The position numbers were made by a program, and so were the translations under genes. From positions 146,327 through 210,326 of the IMG/VR virus record IMGVR_UViG_3300010430_000003: a stretch of 64,000 bases of DNA; one strand, written 5' to 3'. Positions 34,366-44,683 of the stretch are shown one piece after another. How positions within the stretch are numbered: the first letter of the stretch is position 1; each line of letters begins with the position of its first letter. The notes under the pieces were generated by a model. It was not told the DNA's origin, did no database searches, and saw only the letters and a program-made list of their open reading frames with translations.

Positions 34366-34731
34366 ATGATTAAAAAGAAATTCTATAGACAGAACAAATA
34401 TAAGTACTATAATAACAGTTACATTAAACACTTAGAAGAACAGAATATTCTTACTAATGATTTAAAGAACTTAATAAGAAAACTTACTTTAGAAGACTTA
34501 ATAGTGATTAAATTAGAATTAAGTAATGAAATACTGAAAGGTAGGAATTACAGTTTACCATTATGGTCTTCCATGACATCAATTGTACAGGAATCTCTAT
34601 TGAGATATAGTTTATCTTTTGCAGCATATTCTAGAGAGGTATATTCCTTCCTTGGAATGTCCAAAAATAGATACTGGGATATGATGAGAAAATATAACCT
34701 GTTCCGTCAGGATGATGAATCAGGTATTTGA
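34366..34731 (+). CDS. protein with C-terminal Fis-like HTH
   Basis: ...REVYSFLGMSKNRYWDMMRKYNL resembles the Fis HTH (A..LG.sR.tL..k.kky.l). Confidence 0.5.
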   Translation: MIKKKFYRQNKYKYYNNSYIKHLEEQNILTNDLKNLIRKLTLEDLIVIKLELSNEILKGRNYSLPLWSSMTSIVQESLLRYSLSFAAYSREVYSFLGMSKNRYWDMMRKYNLFRQDDESGI

Positions 34732-35502
34732 AAGAAAACTTTGAAGATCTCTGAGGGAAGTACCCATGCAGAATTCTTGAAATAGTCCTAATCTCCCAGA
34801 ATTCAATGCGACAACAGAGTGAATTACTCCAACAACTTGGTATGTATTGTTTCGTTTTACAAAAACAGGAGAACCAGATGAACCGGGAGCAATTCTAGCA
34901 GAATATAAATATCCAACCGTGTTTCCTAGTCTTCCAATCTTTACACGACCGTTAAACAAACCTCTGATGATTGGAACCGTTTCGAAGTGATCGTCAAATT
35001 GTTCCCAACCAACCGGAGTGCCAATTATCCAGATTTCTTCACTGACAGCAGGCTCATTCTTTGATACCTGTGCAACAGTAAGATAAATATCTTCAATAAT
35101 AAAAGAGGCGAGATCTGTTCGAGGATCTTTCTTTAAAACCTTAACTTTAAAAGTTTCATTAGTTGGAAGCTTGACTTTATAGATTAATTTAGTATCTTTA
35201 CTAAACATGAGTTCCATGGCAACCATTGGATTTGTATCAACACAGTGAAAATTTGTTACCCCGATGGTTCCTTTTCTTGAATGCTTTGCACTAAAAGCAG
35301 AACATGAAGAAACGACTTTAGACTCTGTGGGGGAGACTAAGTGAGTTTCAAATTTTAAGAAAGTTTCTGTTGGGATTGTGGATTTGTGCAGTCTTGGTCC
35401 TTCAAATTCTTTTGGCTTAACATTGAAGTTAATTCTCGTGCAAGAACATGAAGAAAAAATTAGAATAAAGAGTAGAAGAGCAAACTTAAGTTTTGTAATC
35501 AC
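34720..35502 (-). CDS. exported trypsin-like serine protease
   Basis: TNFHCV (His), TDLA (Asp), PGSSGSPVF (Ser); N-terminal signal/lipobox LIFSSC. Confidence 0.85.
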   Translation of the reverse strand: MITKLKFALLLFILIFSSCSCTRINFNVKPKEFEGPRLHKSTIPTETFLKFETHLVSPTESKVVSSCSAFSAKHSRKGTIGVTNFHCVDTNPMVAMELMFSKDTKLIYKVKLPTNETFKVKVLKKDPRTDLASFIIEDIYLTVAQVSKNEPAVSEEIWIIGTPVGWEQFDDHFETVPIIRGLFNGRVKIGRLGNTVGYLYSARIAPGSSGSPVFVKRNNTYQVVGVIHSVVALNSGRLGLFQEFCMGTSLRDLQSFLSNT

Positions 35503-35666
35503 ATATTAGCCTCATAAATACTGGTTCATATTAAGTATGGCAAAAAAAAGTGCTTAAGAAAATTTAAAATTAAAAATGTGACATTTTGTGAAAAACGTAA
35601 GATACTTAATTTGAATGCTATATCTATTCACACCATCACTACATTCCTTTTTGAGAGGTCCATTAC

Positions 35667-36932
35667 TTGAATAATTCTAATCGAGTAGTTTTAGACACTA
35701 GTGCAATTTTATTTGATCCCGAAATCCTATTTACAGACGAATATGAAACAATTTTTATGCCATATGAAGTCATTCAAGAGCTTGATAGAATCAAGTCGAA
35801 GAGTGATTTTTTGGGAGCTAAAGCTAGGAAAGCAATTAGAATTCTTTATAACAATTTAAACGACAAGGTTGAGTTTTTAGACCCAATATCGTTATCATTA
35901 AACGATGACTCGATTATTGAGGCTGCTCGTCAAACAGATTCTTTGTTGTTGACAAATGATTTCAACATTGTGCTGAAATGCCGAGGTCTTGGAGTTAAAG
36001 CAGAAATTTTAGATTCTGAAATGACAAACGAGTTCTCTGCTTCTGGAGATTTATTCACAGGACTCCAAGACGTCATGGTGGATGATGATGTTATTGATGA
36101 TCTTTATGCCGAAGAATCTGACTATATTGATAATATTGAATTTCAAGATCATGAAATCCACATGAATCAGTTTGTTCGATTAACTTCATTGACAAATCCC
36201 AAGAAGAAGATTTTCATGATGAAAAAGGGTGAATATCTTTTCAAGATTATTGATCTGAGCAAATCAATACAGGTTTGGGGTTTAGAGGCAAGAAATATTG
36301 AACAAAGGTTAGCTCTCGAATTGCTTATGGATCCAGATATTCAGTTAGTTTCGCTTATTGGTCTTGCTGGGTCTGGGAAAAGTTTGATGGCAACTGCAGC
36401 AGGTTTGCAACAAATCTTCACAAGAAAATTGTCAAACGGTGAAAAGGCAAAGAGATTTAAGAAAATGGTTATATCTCGTCCCATTCAAGTTATGGGTAAA
36501 GATATTGGTTATTTGCCCGGTTCTATGGAGGAAAAACTTGCACCATGGATTGCACCAATTATGGATTGTTTAGATTTTTTGGAAAACAGCAATAGTGTGA
36601 AGATTGGAAAGTGGTTTGAAGACGGTAAAATTCAAATTGAAGCCCCAACCTACATCAGAGGTAGATCAATCCCGGATTCCTTTATTATCATTGATGAATG
36701 TCAGAACTTGTCCATGCACGAGATCAAAACGATCCTGACACGAGCAGGCGAGAATTCCAAAATCGTTCTAACTGGTGACGTTGAACAAATTGATAATTCT
36801 AAGTTGAATAAATTCACAAATGGACTAACATATGCTATAGAACGATTGAAGGGGTATAATATCTCTGGTCACTTAACATTGCAAAAATCAGAGCGGTCAA
36901 AGCTTGCTGAAATTTGTGCAAAAGAATTGTAG
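35667..36932 (+). CDS. phoH: PIN-PhoH (PhoH2/YlaK-like) ATPase
   Basis: VVLDTSAIL PIN motif; GLAGSGKS, GYLPGSMEEKLAPW, YIRGRS, IIDECQNL, LTGDVEQID. Confidence 0.92.
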   Translation: MNNSNRVVLDTSAILFDPEILFTDEYETIFMPYEVIQELDRIKSKSDFLGAKARKAIRILYNNLNDKVEFLDPISLSLNDDSIIEAARQTDSLLLTNDFNIVLKCRGLGVKAEILDSEMTNEFSASGDLFTGLQDVMVDDDVIDDLYAEESDYIDNIEFQDHEIHMNQFVRLTSLTNPKKKIFMMKKGEYLFKIIDLSKSIQVWGLEARNIEQRLALELLMDPDIQLVSLIGLAGSGKSLMATAAGLQQIFTRKLSNGEKAKRFKKMVISRPIQVMGKDIGYLPGSMEEKLAPWIAPIMDCLDFLENSNSVKIGKWFEDGKIQIEAPTYIRGRSIPDSFIIIDECQNLSMHEIKTILTRAGENSKIVLTGDVEQIDNSKLNKFTNGLTYAIERLKGYNISGHLTLQKSERSKLAEICAKEL

Positions 36933-36938
36933 GCAAAG

Positions 36939-37565
36939 TTGATGAATTTTAAGACATACAAAGGTTGGTTTATTTCACAGACAGTGCCATTCACAAACAA
37001 TGAAATAGACTTATATGATGTCTTGGATAAAGTGAATGCCTCAATCCCTCGCCAATTCATTCTTGACATCGATGGAGTTTATGTTGTCAAAACAAAAGAA
37101 ATGGAGAGACGAAATATAAATGCTATTTTTGCCGACGGCATGATTTACGTATCACCAGAGCAAAGTAGCAATCAGGATTTATTGGATGATATCATTCATG
37201 AAATTGCTCACTCAATTGAGTCAAAGTATAAAGCTGATATTTATTATGATAATTGCATTGAAGATGAATTCATAACCAAGAGAACAATGTTGTCAAGATT
37301 GCTAACTAATCTTGGTTATGAAATTCCTGTTGAATTTACACACAATATTGACTATAATGAAGAATTAGATTATTTTCTTCACAATGAGGTTGGATATAAT
37401 ATTTTAGAAAAAGTAGTTAATGGCATATTTATAAATGCATATTCAGTGACATCGGTACAGGAATATTGGGCGGTAGCTTTTGAAAAATATTACCTCGGAG
37501 ATTACCGGGAGGTTAAGAGACTTTCTCCAAGAACCTTCGAAAAAATTGAGTCACTAATTTATTAG
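36939..37565 (+). CDS. zincin-like metallopeptidase-fold protein
   Basis: IIHEIAHSIE and downstream QEYWAVAFE. Confidence 0.65.
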   Translation: MMNFKTYKGWFISQTVPFTNNEIDLYDVLDKVNASIPRQFILDIDGVYVVKTKEMERRNINAIFADGMIYVSPEQSSNQDLLDDIIHEIAHSIESKYKADIYYDNCIEDEFITKRTMLSRLLTNLGYEIPVEFTHNIDYNEELDYFLHNEVGYNILEKVVNGIFINAYSVTSVQEYWAVAFEKYYLGDYREVKRLSPRTFEKIESLIY

Positions 37566-37575
37566 CGGGATAAAA

Positions 37576-37845
37576 ATGAAAATTGATAAAAATGCAAAAG
37601 GAAGTATCTTAACAGTTAAGATAACTTTGGCAAAAAATCCGAAAGGTACCCCTCCCCGAAAAATTACTACTTCTAATGTTATCAACCTCCCGCAGTTGGG
37701 AAGATATAATATATTATCAGTAATAACACAAGATGTTATTGTTTCATCTGAAGAATCAGAGGTGATTGGTGAGTGGACCTTCGAACTCAAAAGACAACCC
37801 AAACCGAAAAAAGTATCAAGAAAAGTGGCTAAGAAAGTGGAGTGA
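37576..37845 (+). CDS. hypothetical basic protein
   Basis: 89-aa ORF. Confidence 0.6.
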   Translation: MKIDKNAKGSILTVKITLAKNPKGTPPRKITTSNVINLPQLGRYNILSVITQDVIVSSEESEVIGEWTFELKRQPKPKKVSRKVAKKVE

Positions 37846-38656
37846 TTATCTCTATTCCATTGATAGAAAACTAACTAAAAGAATATCTTATTCACAACTC
37901 TATAATTGGTGTAAGTGTCCGCATTTACATTGGTTAATTTCCGTATCAAAGCAGATACCGTATAGTAGCAATACTTATACGGTTTTCGGCTATGCCATTC
38001 ATGAATCCCTAGAGTACCAGCTTCTCCAAAAAGCGGTAAGGGGTAATATTGACTTCTCAAGTACAAAACAATACTACATAAAAGCTCTTAGAAAAGAGGT
38101 TGATAGGAACATCGACAATGTTGACCTTTCAATTTTGCAAGAATTAAACAAAAAGATCAACATTATTCACAATAATGTAGAAAAGTTCTTGAAAGATAAA
38201 TACGGTGATTATACAATCATATCGATTGAGGACAAGATTGAAAGAGATGTTGTCTATGAATCTGACAAGTGGGAGTATAAGTTCATTGGATATATTGATT
38301 TGGTTTTGCGGGACGATGAAGGGAAATATCATTTAATTGATTTCAAGACATCCAAGAGTGGATGGACAAAATGGGACCGCCGAGATAAATCAAAGTATTA
38401 TCAACTTATTTTGTATAAATATTTTTGGTTGATGGATAAGAACATTCCAATCAAGGATGTTAAGGTTTCTTATGTCTTTCTGAAGAGAAACGGAAAAGTA
38501 TCATCATTCGATCCAACTTCTGGCAAGAAAAGAATGCAAAATTCCTTCGAGCTTTTGAAGAAGATGATCTGGAATGCTTATGAACGAGAATTTTACATTA
38601 AGAAAAAAGGCGAATGTAAATTTTGTGACTGTAAAGAATTTTATGGAAAAGTATGA
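37766..38656 (+). CDS. PD-(D/E)xK (RecB/Cas4-like) nuclease
   Basis: ISYSQL...CP, FGYAIHESLE, GYIDLV, IDFKTSK, C-terminal CKFCDC; start uncertain. Confidence 0.88.
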   Translation: MVSGPSNSKDNPNRKKYQEKWLRKWSDYLYSIDRKLTKRISYSQLYNWCKCPHLHWLISVSKQIPYSSNTYTVFGYAIHESLEYQLLQKAVRGNIDFSSTKQYYIKALRKEVDRNIDNVDLSILQELNKKINIIHNNVEKFLKDKYGDYTIISIEDKIERDVVYESDKWEYKFIGYIDLVLRDDEGKYHLIDFKTSKSGWTKWDRRDKSKYYQLILYKYFWLMDKNIPIKDVKVSYVFLKRNGKVSSFDPTSGKKRMQNSFELLKKMIWNAYEREFYIKKKGECKFCDCKEFYGKV

Positions 38657-39951
38657 AAAAAATAACTAAGAAGAAACAGAACAAGACTGACAAGAAGATT
38701 AAAATTCTTACTTTAGGTGATTCACCCCTCTTGCCATCTGGTGTGGGAATCCAATCGAAATATATTTTTCAAGCACTCTTGGAATCTGGAAAATATCAAA
38801 TTTATTCTTTGGCTGGCGCTAGAGAACATAAGGATTACAATCCCGTTAAAACGGAGGAGTTTGGTGACGACTGGATTATCCATCCTGTTAAGGAATATGG
38901 AAACGCCGCTATCATGAGAGGGCTCTTAGCAGGATTCAAACCTGATGTAATCTGGTTCATGACAGATCCTCGTTTTTATGAATGGCTTTGGGATATTGAA
39001 GATGAAATTCGTGCAAATGTTCCTATGGTTTATTATCATGTTTGGGATAACTTTCCAGTCCCAGTGTTCAATAAAGGATATTATGAATCTACTGATGTCA
39101 TTCACAGTATTTCAAAAGTGACGAGAGATGTCGTCAATGAAATAATGGGTGAAGAATATGATCACAAACATGTCCCGCATTGCATCGACCAAGAGGTCTT
39201 CAGGAAATATCCCGCAGCAGATGTGGAAAAATTTCAGGAAGAGTTTATTACATCAAAATTAGGAGACCCTGATCGATTGGTTTATTTTTGGAACAACCGA
39301 AATGGTCGAAGAAAACAACCAGGTTCATTAATTTTCTGGTTTAAAGAATACCTTGACAAAGTGGGACATGATAAAGCAACGTTGATTATGCACACTGAAC
39401 CAAAAGATCAGTATGGGCAGGATTTATATAAGATTGTTGATCACCTTGGTTTGTCAAATGGGCAGGTTGTATTTTCAACTAACAAATATGAATCAAGAGT
39501 TCTTGCGTTAATTTATAACGCTGTTGATTGTACAATTAATATTTCTGACGCTGAGGGATTTGGTCTTTCTGTTTCTGAAAGCTTGAATTGTGGAACGCCT
39601 GTCATTGTAAATCTTACTGGTGGAATGACTGAACAAGTTTTTGATGGCGAAGAGTATTGTGGAATTGGAATCGAACCATCTTCGAAGGCAGTAATCGGAA
39701 GTCAAATTTGCCCTTGGATTTATGAAGACCGAATTTCAAAAGAAGATTTTGTTGATGCATTATTGAAATTCCATAATATGAGTCCTGAAGAAAGACAAGA
39801 ACTTGGTGAACGTGGAATTCGTCATATGGATAAGAATTTCAATTTCAAAGAGTTTAAGAAATTTTGGCCTAAAGAAATGCAAAGAATTCATAATAAATAT
39901 GGTTCGTGGCCGAATAAGAAATATAAGTCATGGGAGCTTAGAGAAGTATGA
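38653..39951 (+). CDS. GT-B (GT4-like) glycosyltransferase
   Basis: NNRNGRRKQ, SDAEGFGLSVSESLNCGTPVI (EX7E). Confidence 0.9.
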   Translation: MKKITKKKQNKTDKKIKILTLGDSPLLPSGVGIQSKYIFQALLESGKYQIYSLAGAREHKDYNPVKTEEFGDDWIIHPVKEYGNAAIMRGLLAGFKPDVIWFMTDPRFYEWLWDIEDEIRANVPMVYYHVWDNFPVPVFNKGYYESTDVIHSISKVTRDVVNEIMGEEYDHKHVPHCIDQEVFRKYPAADVEKFQEEFITSKLGDPDRLVYFWNNRNGRRKQPGSLIFWFKEYLDKVGHDKATLIMHTEPKDQYGQDLYKIVDHLGLSNGQVVFSTNKYESRVLALIYNAVDCTINISDAEGFGLSVSESLNCGTPVIVNLTGGMTEQVFDGEEYCGIGIEPSSKAVIGSQICPWIYEDRISKEDFVDALLKFHNMSPEERQELGERGIRHMDKNFNFKEFKKFWPKEMQRIHNKYGSWPNKKYKSWELREV

Positions 39952-41180
39952 AGAAACGAGTTCTAATAAGAGGGCCTCTGCTCTCTCAATCAGGTTATGG
40001 AGAGCAGGCAAGATATTTATATGATGCTTTAAAAGAATTTGATGATGTTGATTTGTTTGTTGAGAATACCAACTGGGGTTCGACTTCTTGGATTTCCGAT
40101 CAGCAGATTGAAGCATATATCAAGAAAACACAACATTATACAAACACCGGTGGCACATTTGATTTATTTGTGCAAGTTTCTATTCCAAATGAGATTGTAA
40201 AAAAGGCACCAATTAATATTCTATATACTGCCGGAATCGAAACTACAAAGATTGCTCCTGAGTGGCTTGAGAAAGTTAATGAAATTGACAAAGTTATTGT
40301 CGTGTCTGAGCATGCCAAATGGGGTTTTGATAACACAGAATATAAGATGCTTGAAAAAGAAAGCAATCGAGAGCTTGGAATGCTTCAATGCAATGTCCCT
40401 GTTGAAGTTCAAAACTATCCATGGCCCGGTCCAATTAAGTCAAAAAAGGTTGATTTGAAACTTGATTATGATTTCAATTTTCTATGTGTTGGGCAATGGA
40501 GTCCGAGAAAGAATCTTGGTGCGCTCATTTCATGGTTTATGGATGAGTTCAATGATGAAGAGGTTGGTCTTGTTTTAAAGACAAGCACACGGAAGCAATG
40601 TATTCTTGATAGAAATTATACCGAAAAGAAACTTCATAACTTGATTAAGAAGCATACAAACGATGAAACAAAATGTAAGGTTTATCTTCTTCATGGAAAT
40701 ATGACTCGTGCAGAAATGTATGGTTTATATAAACATAAAAAGATCAAAGCTCTTGTTTCAACTGCTCATGGTGAAGGTGCCGGATTGCCAATTTTCGAAG
40801 CAGCGCAAGCACAACTCCCAGTTATCGCCCCTGCATGGTCTGGTTATCTTGACTTCATGACTCATGAAGAGGAGGTTTTCTTTAAAGAGGTTGAATACGA
40901 GGTGAATTATGTGCAGCCTGAAGCCGTCTGGAAGGGCATCATTTTGCAAGATGCCATGTGGTGCTACCCTGATGAAGAGTCAACCAAGAAAGCCATGAGA
41001 GAGCTTTACAGTGACTCTAGTGAAGCTGAGGGAAAGGCAAAAGAATTAAAGAAAATTCTTCGAACAAAATTTGCCAAGAAGAAAATGTATCAGGAATTCT
41101 ATGATAAGACTGTTGGGATTCTTGAAGTTTCTAATGATGAGATTGAAGAGTGGTTGAATGATATTCAACTCTATGATTAA
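39948..41180 (+). CDS. GT-B (GT4-like) glycosyltransferase
   Basis: GYGEQAR, RKNL, AHGEGAGLPIFEAAQAQLPVI. Confidence 0.9.
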   Translation: MKKRVLIRGPLLSQSGYGEQARYLYDALKEFDDVDLFVENTNWGSTSWISDQQIEAYIKKTQHYTNTGGTFDLFVQVSIPNEIVKKAPINILYTAGIETTKIAPEWLEKVNEIDKVIVVSEHAKWGFDNTEYKMLEKESNRELGMLQCNVPVEVQNYPWPGPIKSKKVDLKLDYDFNFLCVGQWSPRKNLGALISWFMDEFNDEEVGLVLKTSTRKQCILDRNYTEKKLHNLIKKHTNDETKCKVYLLHGNMTRAEMYGLYKHKKIKALVSTAHGEGAGLPIFEAAQAQLPVIAPAWSGYLDFMTHEEEVFFKEVEYEVNYVQPEAVWKGIILQDAMWCYPDEESTKKAMRELYSDSSEAEGKAKELKKILRTKFAKKKMYQEFYDKTVGILEVSNDEIEEWLNDIQLYD

Positions 41181-41191
41181 GGAGATTTATA

Positions 41192-41882
41192 ATGAGTGAC
41201 GGAGATTGCATACACACATCCTCTTATGGTTATTGCCAACATAAAGATTGTACACATTATGGAATTCAGTGGTCAACAGGAACAACTTCAAACAATTGGC
41301 CTTTGACAATGGATAGTTCATATCTATATCCGTTTTATAATCCATATTATACGACCTTTAACTATAATGGAGTTCCAAATGAAATTGCAGATATGATTCA
41401 AAGAGTGGGAACAGAAAAAGTTAAACACTTTCTTGAGAAAGAACTTGAGAAGATTCAAAAAGAAATAGAGGAAGAAGATGAGTGAGCATGCTATAAATAA
41501 CGTATTACAGATTTTCACGACAAATCAGGAAGGTGTTGTTGCAATGACAACTTTTGATGGTGGAGAAACTTCTGAAGAATTCATGAAGAATTATGATTAT
41601 TCTCTCAAGAAACTTATTACGGTTGGAGAATTTGAAGTTTTAAAAGAAAACAAAGAAACATATTTACCACACGCAGTTTTTGGTCGAAGCAAAACTCCTG
41701 AAGTTTGGGAACCTTTTGTTGAGAAGGATTTGGAGCATTACAGCAATACAAAGATTGATCGTACTTATGTGATTGTGAGATGTTTCGAGAAGACTGACGA
41801 AGAAAAGTATCTTCCCATTCATGTTGACGTTGAAGATCATATTAAAATGCCTCAAATGGTTAAACATATTGAAGACTCATGA
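41192..41882 (+). CDS. two hypothetical ORFs (41192-41485, 41478-41882)
   Basis: ORF track, co-oriented. Confidence 0.55.
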
Positions 41883-42724
41883 AACTTTTATATATAGCTG
41901 ACTTCTTTTATCCTGAATCATTGGGGGGTGCCGAACAGTCTGATTTTGAACTTTTGAACATTCTTGCTGATGAAGGTTTTTTGATCAATAAAATTCGTTC
42001 AACAGATTTATCAGAAGAACAAGTTGAAAAGCACAAAGACGAACTTTGGTTTATCTCGAATTTTATGGGTTTGAGAAAGGTGGTAAAAGATTCAATTGTT
42101 GAATTGGTCAAGGATTATGTTATTGTCGAACATGACCACAAGTATCTCTATCACCGAGATCCCTCACCCCATCCAGATTATACTGCTCCCAAGCATGAAT
42201 TAGTTAATGTTGAATTATATCAGGGTGCAAAATATATTATAGTTCAGTCGAACCTTCATGACGAGATCATTCACAAAAATCTTGACAATATAACAACATA
42301 TAAGGTTGGTGGAAATCTTTGGACAGATGAATTACTGGAAAAAATAAAATCTCTGCCACCACCCCCCGATAATGGTGTAGCTTCCATTATGGTATCTGGC
42401 ATTGATCACAAGAATACCAAAGGCGCAGTTAGATATTGTCAGCACAAAGATATCGATTATGAATTGATAAGTCCTTGTGCTCCTGAATTGTTTTTTGAGA
42501 TGATTTCCAAAAATGAATATTTCTTGTTTTTGCCACAATGTGTTGAGACTCTTTCAAGGATTGTTGTCGAGGCAAAGATGCTTGGAGTTAAGGTTATAAC
42601 CAACAATAAGATTGGAGCGGCCTCTGAATCTTGGTTTAAAGAACTTCGCGGTGATGATTTGATTGACTATATGATGAATGATAAAAAGGAGGAGATTCGT
42701 GAATTCATCAGAGAGTTATATTAA
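41879..42724 (+). CDS. GT-B-like glycosyltransferase
   Basis: LGGAEQSD; ETLSRIVVEAKMLGVKVI. Confidence 0.75.
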   Translation: MKLLYIADFFYPESLGGAEQSDFELLNILADEGFLINKIRSTDLSEEQVEKHKDELWFISNFMGLRKVVKDSIVELVKDYVIVEHDHKYLYHRDPSPHPDYTAPKHELVNVELYQGAKYIIVQSNLHDEIIHKNLDNITTYKVGGNLWTDELLEKIKSLPPPPDNGVASIMVSGIDHKNTKGAVRYCQHKDIDYELISPCAPELFFEMISKNEYFLFLPQCVETLSRIVVEAKMLGVKVITNNKIGAASESWFKELRGDDLIDYMMNDKKEEIREFIRELY

Positions 42725-42965
42725 TCTTTTTTTAATGAATAAGCTTTATAGTTGTTTTTCACGGAGTACAACATATGAACAAGTTCATTTCATAAGTATG
42801 AATGGCTGTCCCCATCTACTTGGGGTTCTCCCGAATCTTTACGCACGCCTTAGAGATTACGGAGTGAAGATAAAATCCTCTTTTGCTCTTTTAAATATGA
42901 AAGGAAGTAATCTTCCACGGCATATTCAAAAATTCAAGGAAGAAATGAGGAGTTTATGTGATTAA
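42699..42965 (+). CDS. MNIN-family micro-ORF
   Basis: GTG at 42699, MNSSESYINLFLMNKLY; upstream GT stop lies inside ATT AAT. Confidence 0.6.
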   Translation: MNSSESYINLFLMNKLYSCFSRSTTYEQVHFISMNGCPHLLGVLPNLYARLRDYGVKIKSSFALLNMKGSNLPRHIQKFKEEMRSLCD

Positions 42966-43203
42966 CAATCTCGTTCGGAAAAAGATTTATTGGGAATTTA
43001 AATATGAAATGGCTCTTTTCCCAAGATTATCGGGGCCAATCCTTACAATACAAAATCAAACAGTTAAATATAGATTTCAAACGTATAATATGAAAAAATC
43101 CCTTCCTTGGCCTGTGGTAAAGTTTCGATATTTATGTTTAAGTAAAGAGTTTTTAAATGAAAATAATTATAGTAGCTCCAAAATTCTACGCAAGAAATAT
43201 TGA
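42958..43203 (+). CDS. MNIN-family micro-ORF
   Basis: MINNLVRKKIYWEF. Confidence 0.6.
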   Translation: MINNLVRKKIYWEFKYEMALFPRLSGPILTIQNQTVKYRFQTYNMKKSLPWPVVKFRYLCLSKEFLNENNYSSSKILRKKY

Positions 43204-44059
43204 TATTTCTTATTGGAACTTTTACTTCCCATTAAAAGATTTAGGGCATGATGTGTTGTTCTATGACACCTCTGTATATGGCAAAGAAGAAAGGTTTGAT
43301 AAGGTTTTCGAATCATTCAAACCTGATTTGATTTTCTGCTTACCAACTGGTGACAACAATATCTGCTCGTATGAACCATTTGAAGAAATCAGGAAAATTA
43401 CTGAAAGTGGTGTGTGCAATACTCTTGCATGGTTTTCCGATGATGTTTGGAGACATGAATGGTCAACAGAACTTTGTCATAACTTCAAGTGGTGCTCAAC
43501 AACAGAGCCACGAATGATTCAATCATATAAGGACGCGGGTTATGAGAACATTGTAGGCTGTCAGTGGCATTCAAATCCCGATTTCTATTCAGTGTATAAC
43601 GATGTTGCAAAGCTTTTTGATGTTACATTTGTTGGGTCAATTTATGGTGATAGAGAAGAGTCATTAAAATTTCTCCATGATAATGGAGTTACAGTCCAAA
43701 TGTTCACTGGTTTAACTTTTGAAGAGATGGTTAAGACCATGGCAGCCTCAAGAATATGTATTTCATTTATGAGAAACCCAAATGCTGATAATGGAATCCA
43801 AATGAAGGCTCGTCCCTTTGAAATTATTGCAACAAATACATGCTTGTTATGTGAAGAAAATGATGATATGGAAAACTACCTTGTGAAAAATAAGGAATAC
43901 ATTTCTTTTGAAAATAAAGAGCATCTCCTAATTCTGATTCAGAAAATTCTTGAAAAGCCGCAGTACATCATTAAAATAGCGGACAGTGCGACGAAGAGGT
44001 ATCAAGAAGAGCACACAAGCCAACTGCGCTTGAAGAAGTTACTTGAGGATATATTTTGA
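43157..44059 (+). CDS. CgeB-like glycosyltransferase
   Basis: AWFSDD, DVTFVGS..GDRE, MKARPFEI, EHT...RL. Confidence 0.8.
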   Translation: MKIIIVAPKFYARNIDISYWNFYFPLKDLGHDVLFYDTSVYGKEERFDKVFESFKPDLIFCLPTGDNNICSYEPFEEIRKITESGVCNTLAWFSDDVWRHEWSTELCHNFKWCSTTEPRMIQSYKDAGYENIVGCQWHSNPDFYSVYNDVAKLFDVTFVGSIYGDREESLKFLHDNGVTVQMFTGLTFEEMVKTMAASRICISFMRNPNADNGIQMKARPFEIIATNTCLLCEENDDMENYLVKNKEYISFENKEHLLILIQKILEKPQYIIKIADSATKRYQEEHTSQLRLKKLLEDIF

Positions 44060-44262
44060 ACGATAGTTTTGCGTTCTCAAAACTGTATCAAATAAAATTT
44101 TGTATGGAAACATTTGAGTTTATTTTGGGAACAAGAACAAGTATTTCTGTTTTCCCAATCTATCAAAGAAGAAGGTCGGTTTCTGAGAAACCTTCCCTGT
44201 CTGAGATCATGCTCTTTAAAAGGGCGCTAGAAAATGTGGAGTTTGTTTGTGACGAAGATTAA
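44056..44262 (+). CDS. MNIN-family-like micro-ORF
   Basis: TTGA overlap, MNDSFAFSKLYQIKF; motif weak. Confidence 0.4.
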   Translation: MNDSFAFSKLYQIKFCMETFEFILGTRTSISVFPIYQRRRSVSEKPSLSEIMLFKRALENVEFVCDED

Positions 44263-44680
44263 GGGAATCATTATAGAATGTAGGTTTGAATATGAAAATG
44301 ATTATGAATCTTATTATTCACACCCAAATGGAATTTCTTCTCTGAAAGAAATCATTGAATTCAATACTTTGGATGAATTTGAAAAGGTAGAGTTCGCTCT
44401 TCGTAATCATGGTCCCAAAGAAGATGGTTGGCCAAAATATAAGTTACTTAAGGTTGTTGATTCAACTGAAGAATCAATGAAGGATATTATTAATAAGGCA
44501 GTTGCCAAATATGAAAAGCAAAAGAAAACAGACGCCGCCCGCAAAAAGAAAGCGGCTGCCAATCGCAAGAAGAAAGCAGAAGAAAAGAAAAAGAAAGAAA
44601 TGCTGAAAAAGGCTATGGAAAGTCTCTCCCCTGAAGAGATCGAAAAGATGCTGAAAGACACGCCAATGGCAAAAGGATAA
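44234..44680 (+). CDS. hypothetical protein with Lys/Ala-rich helical tail
   Basis: ARKKKAAANRKKKAEEKKKKE. Confidence 0.6.
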   Translation: MWSLFVTKIKGIIIECRFEYENDYESYYSHPNGISSLKEIIEFNTLDEFEKVEFALRNHGPKEDGWPKYKLLKVVDSTEESMKDIINKAVAKYEKQKKTDAARKKKAAANRKKKAEEKKKKEMLKKAMESLSPEEIEKMLKDTPMAKG

Positions 44681-44683
44681 TTA

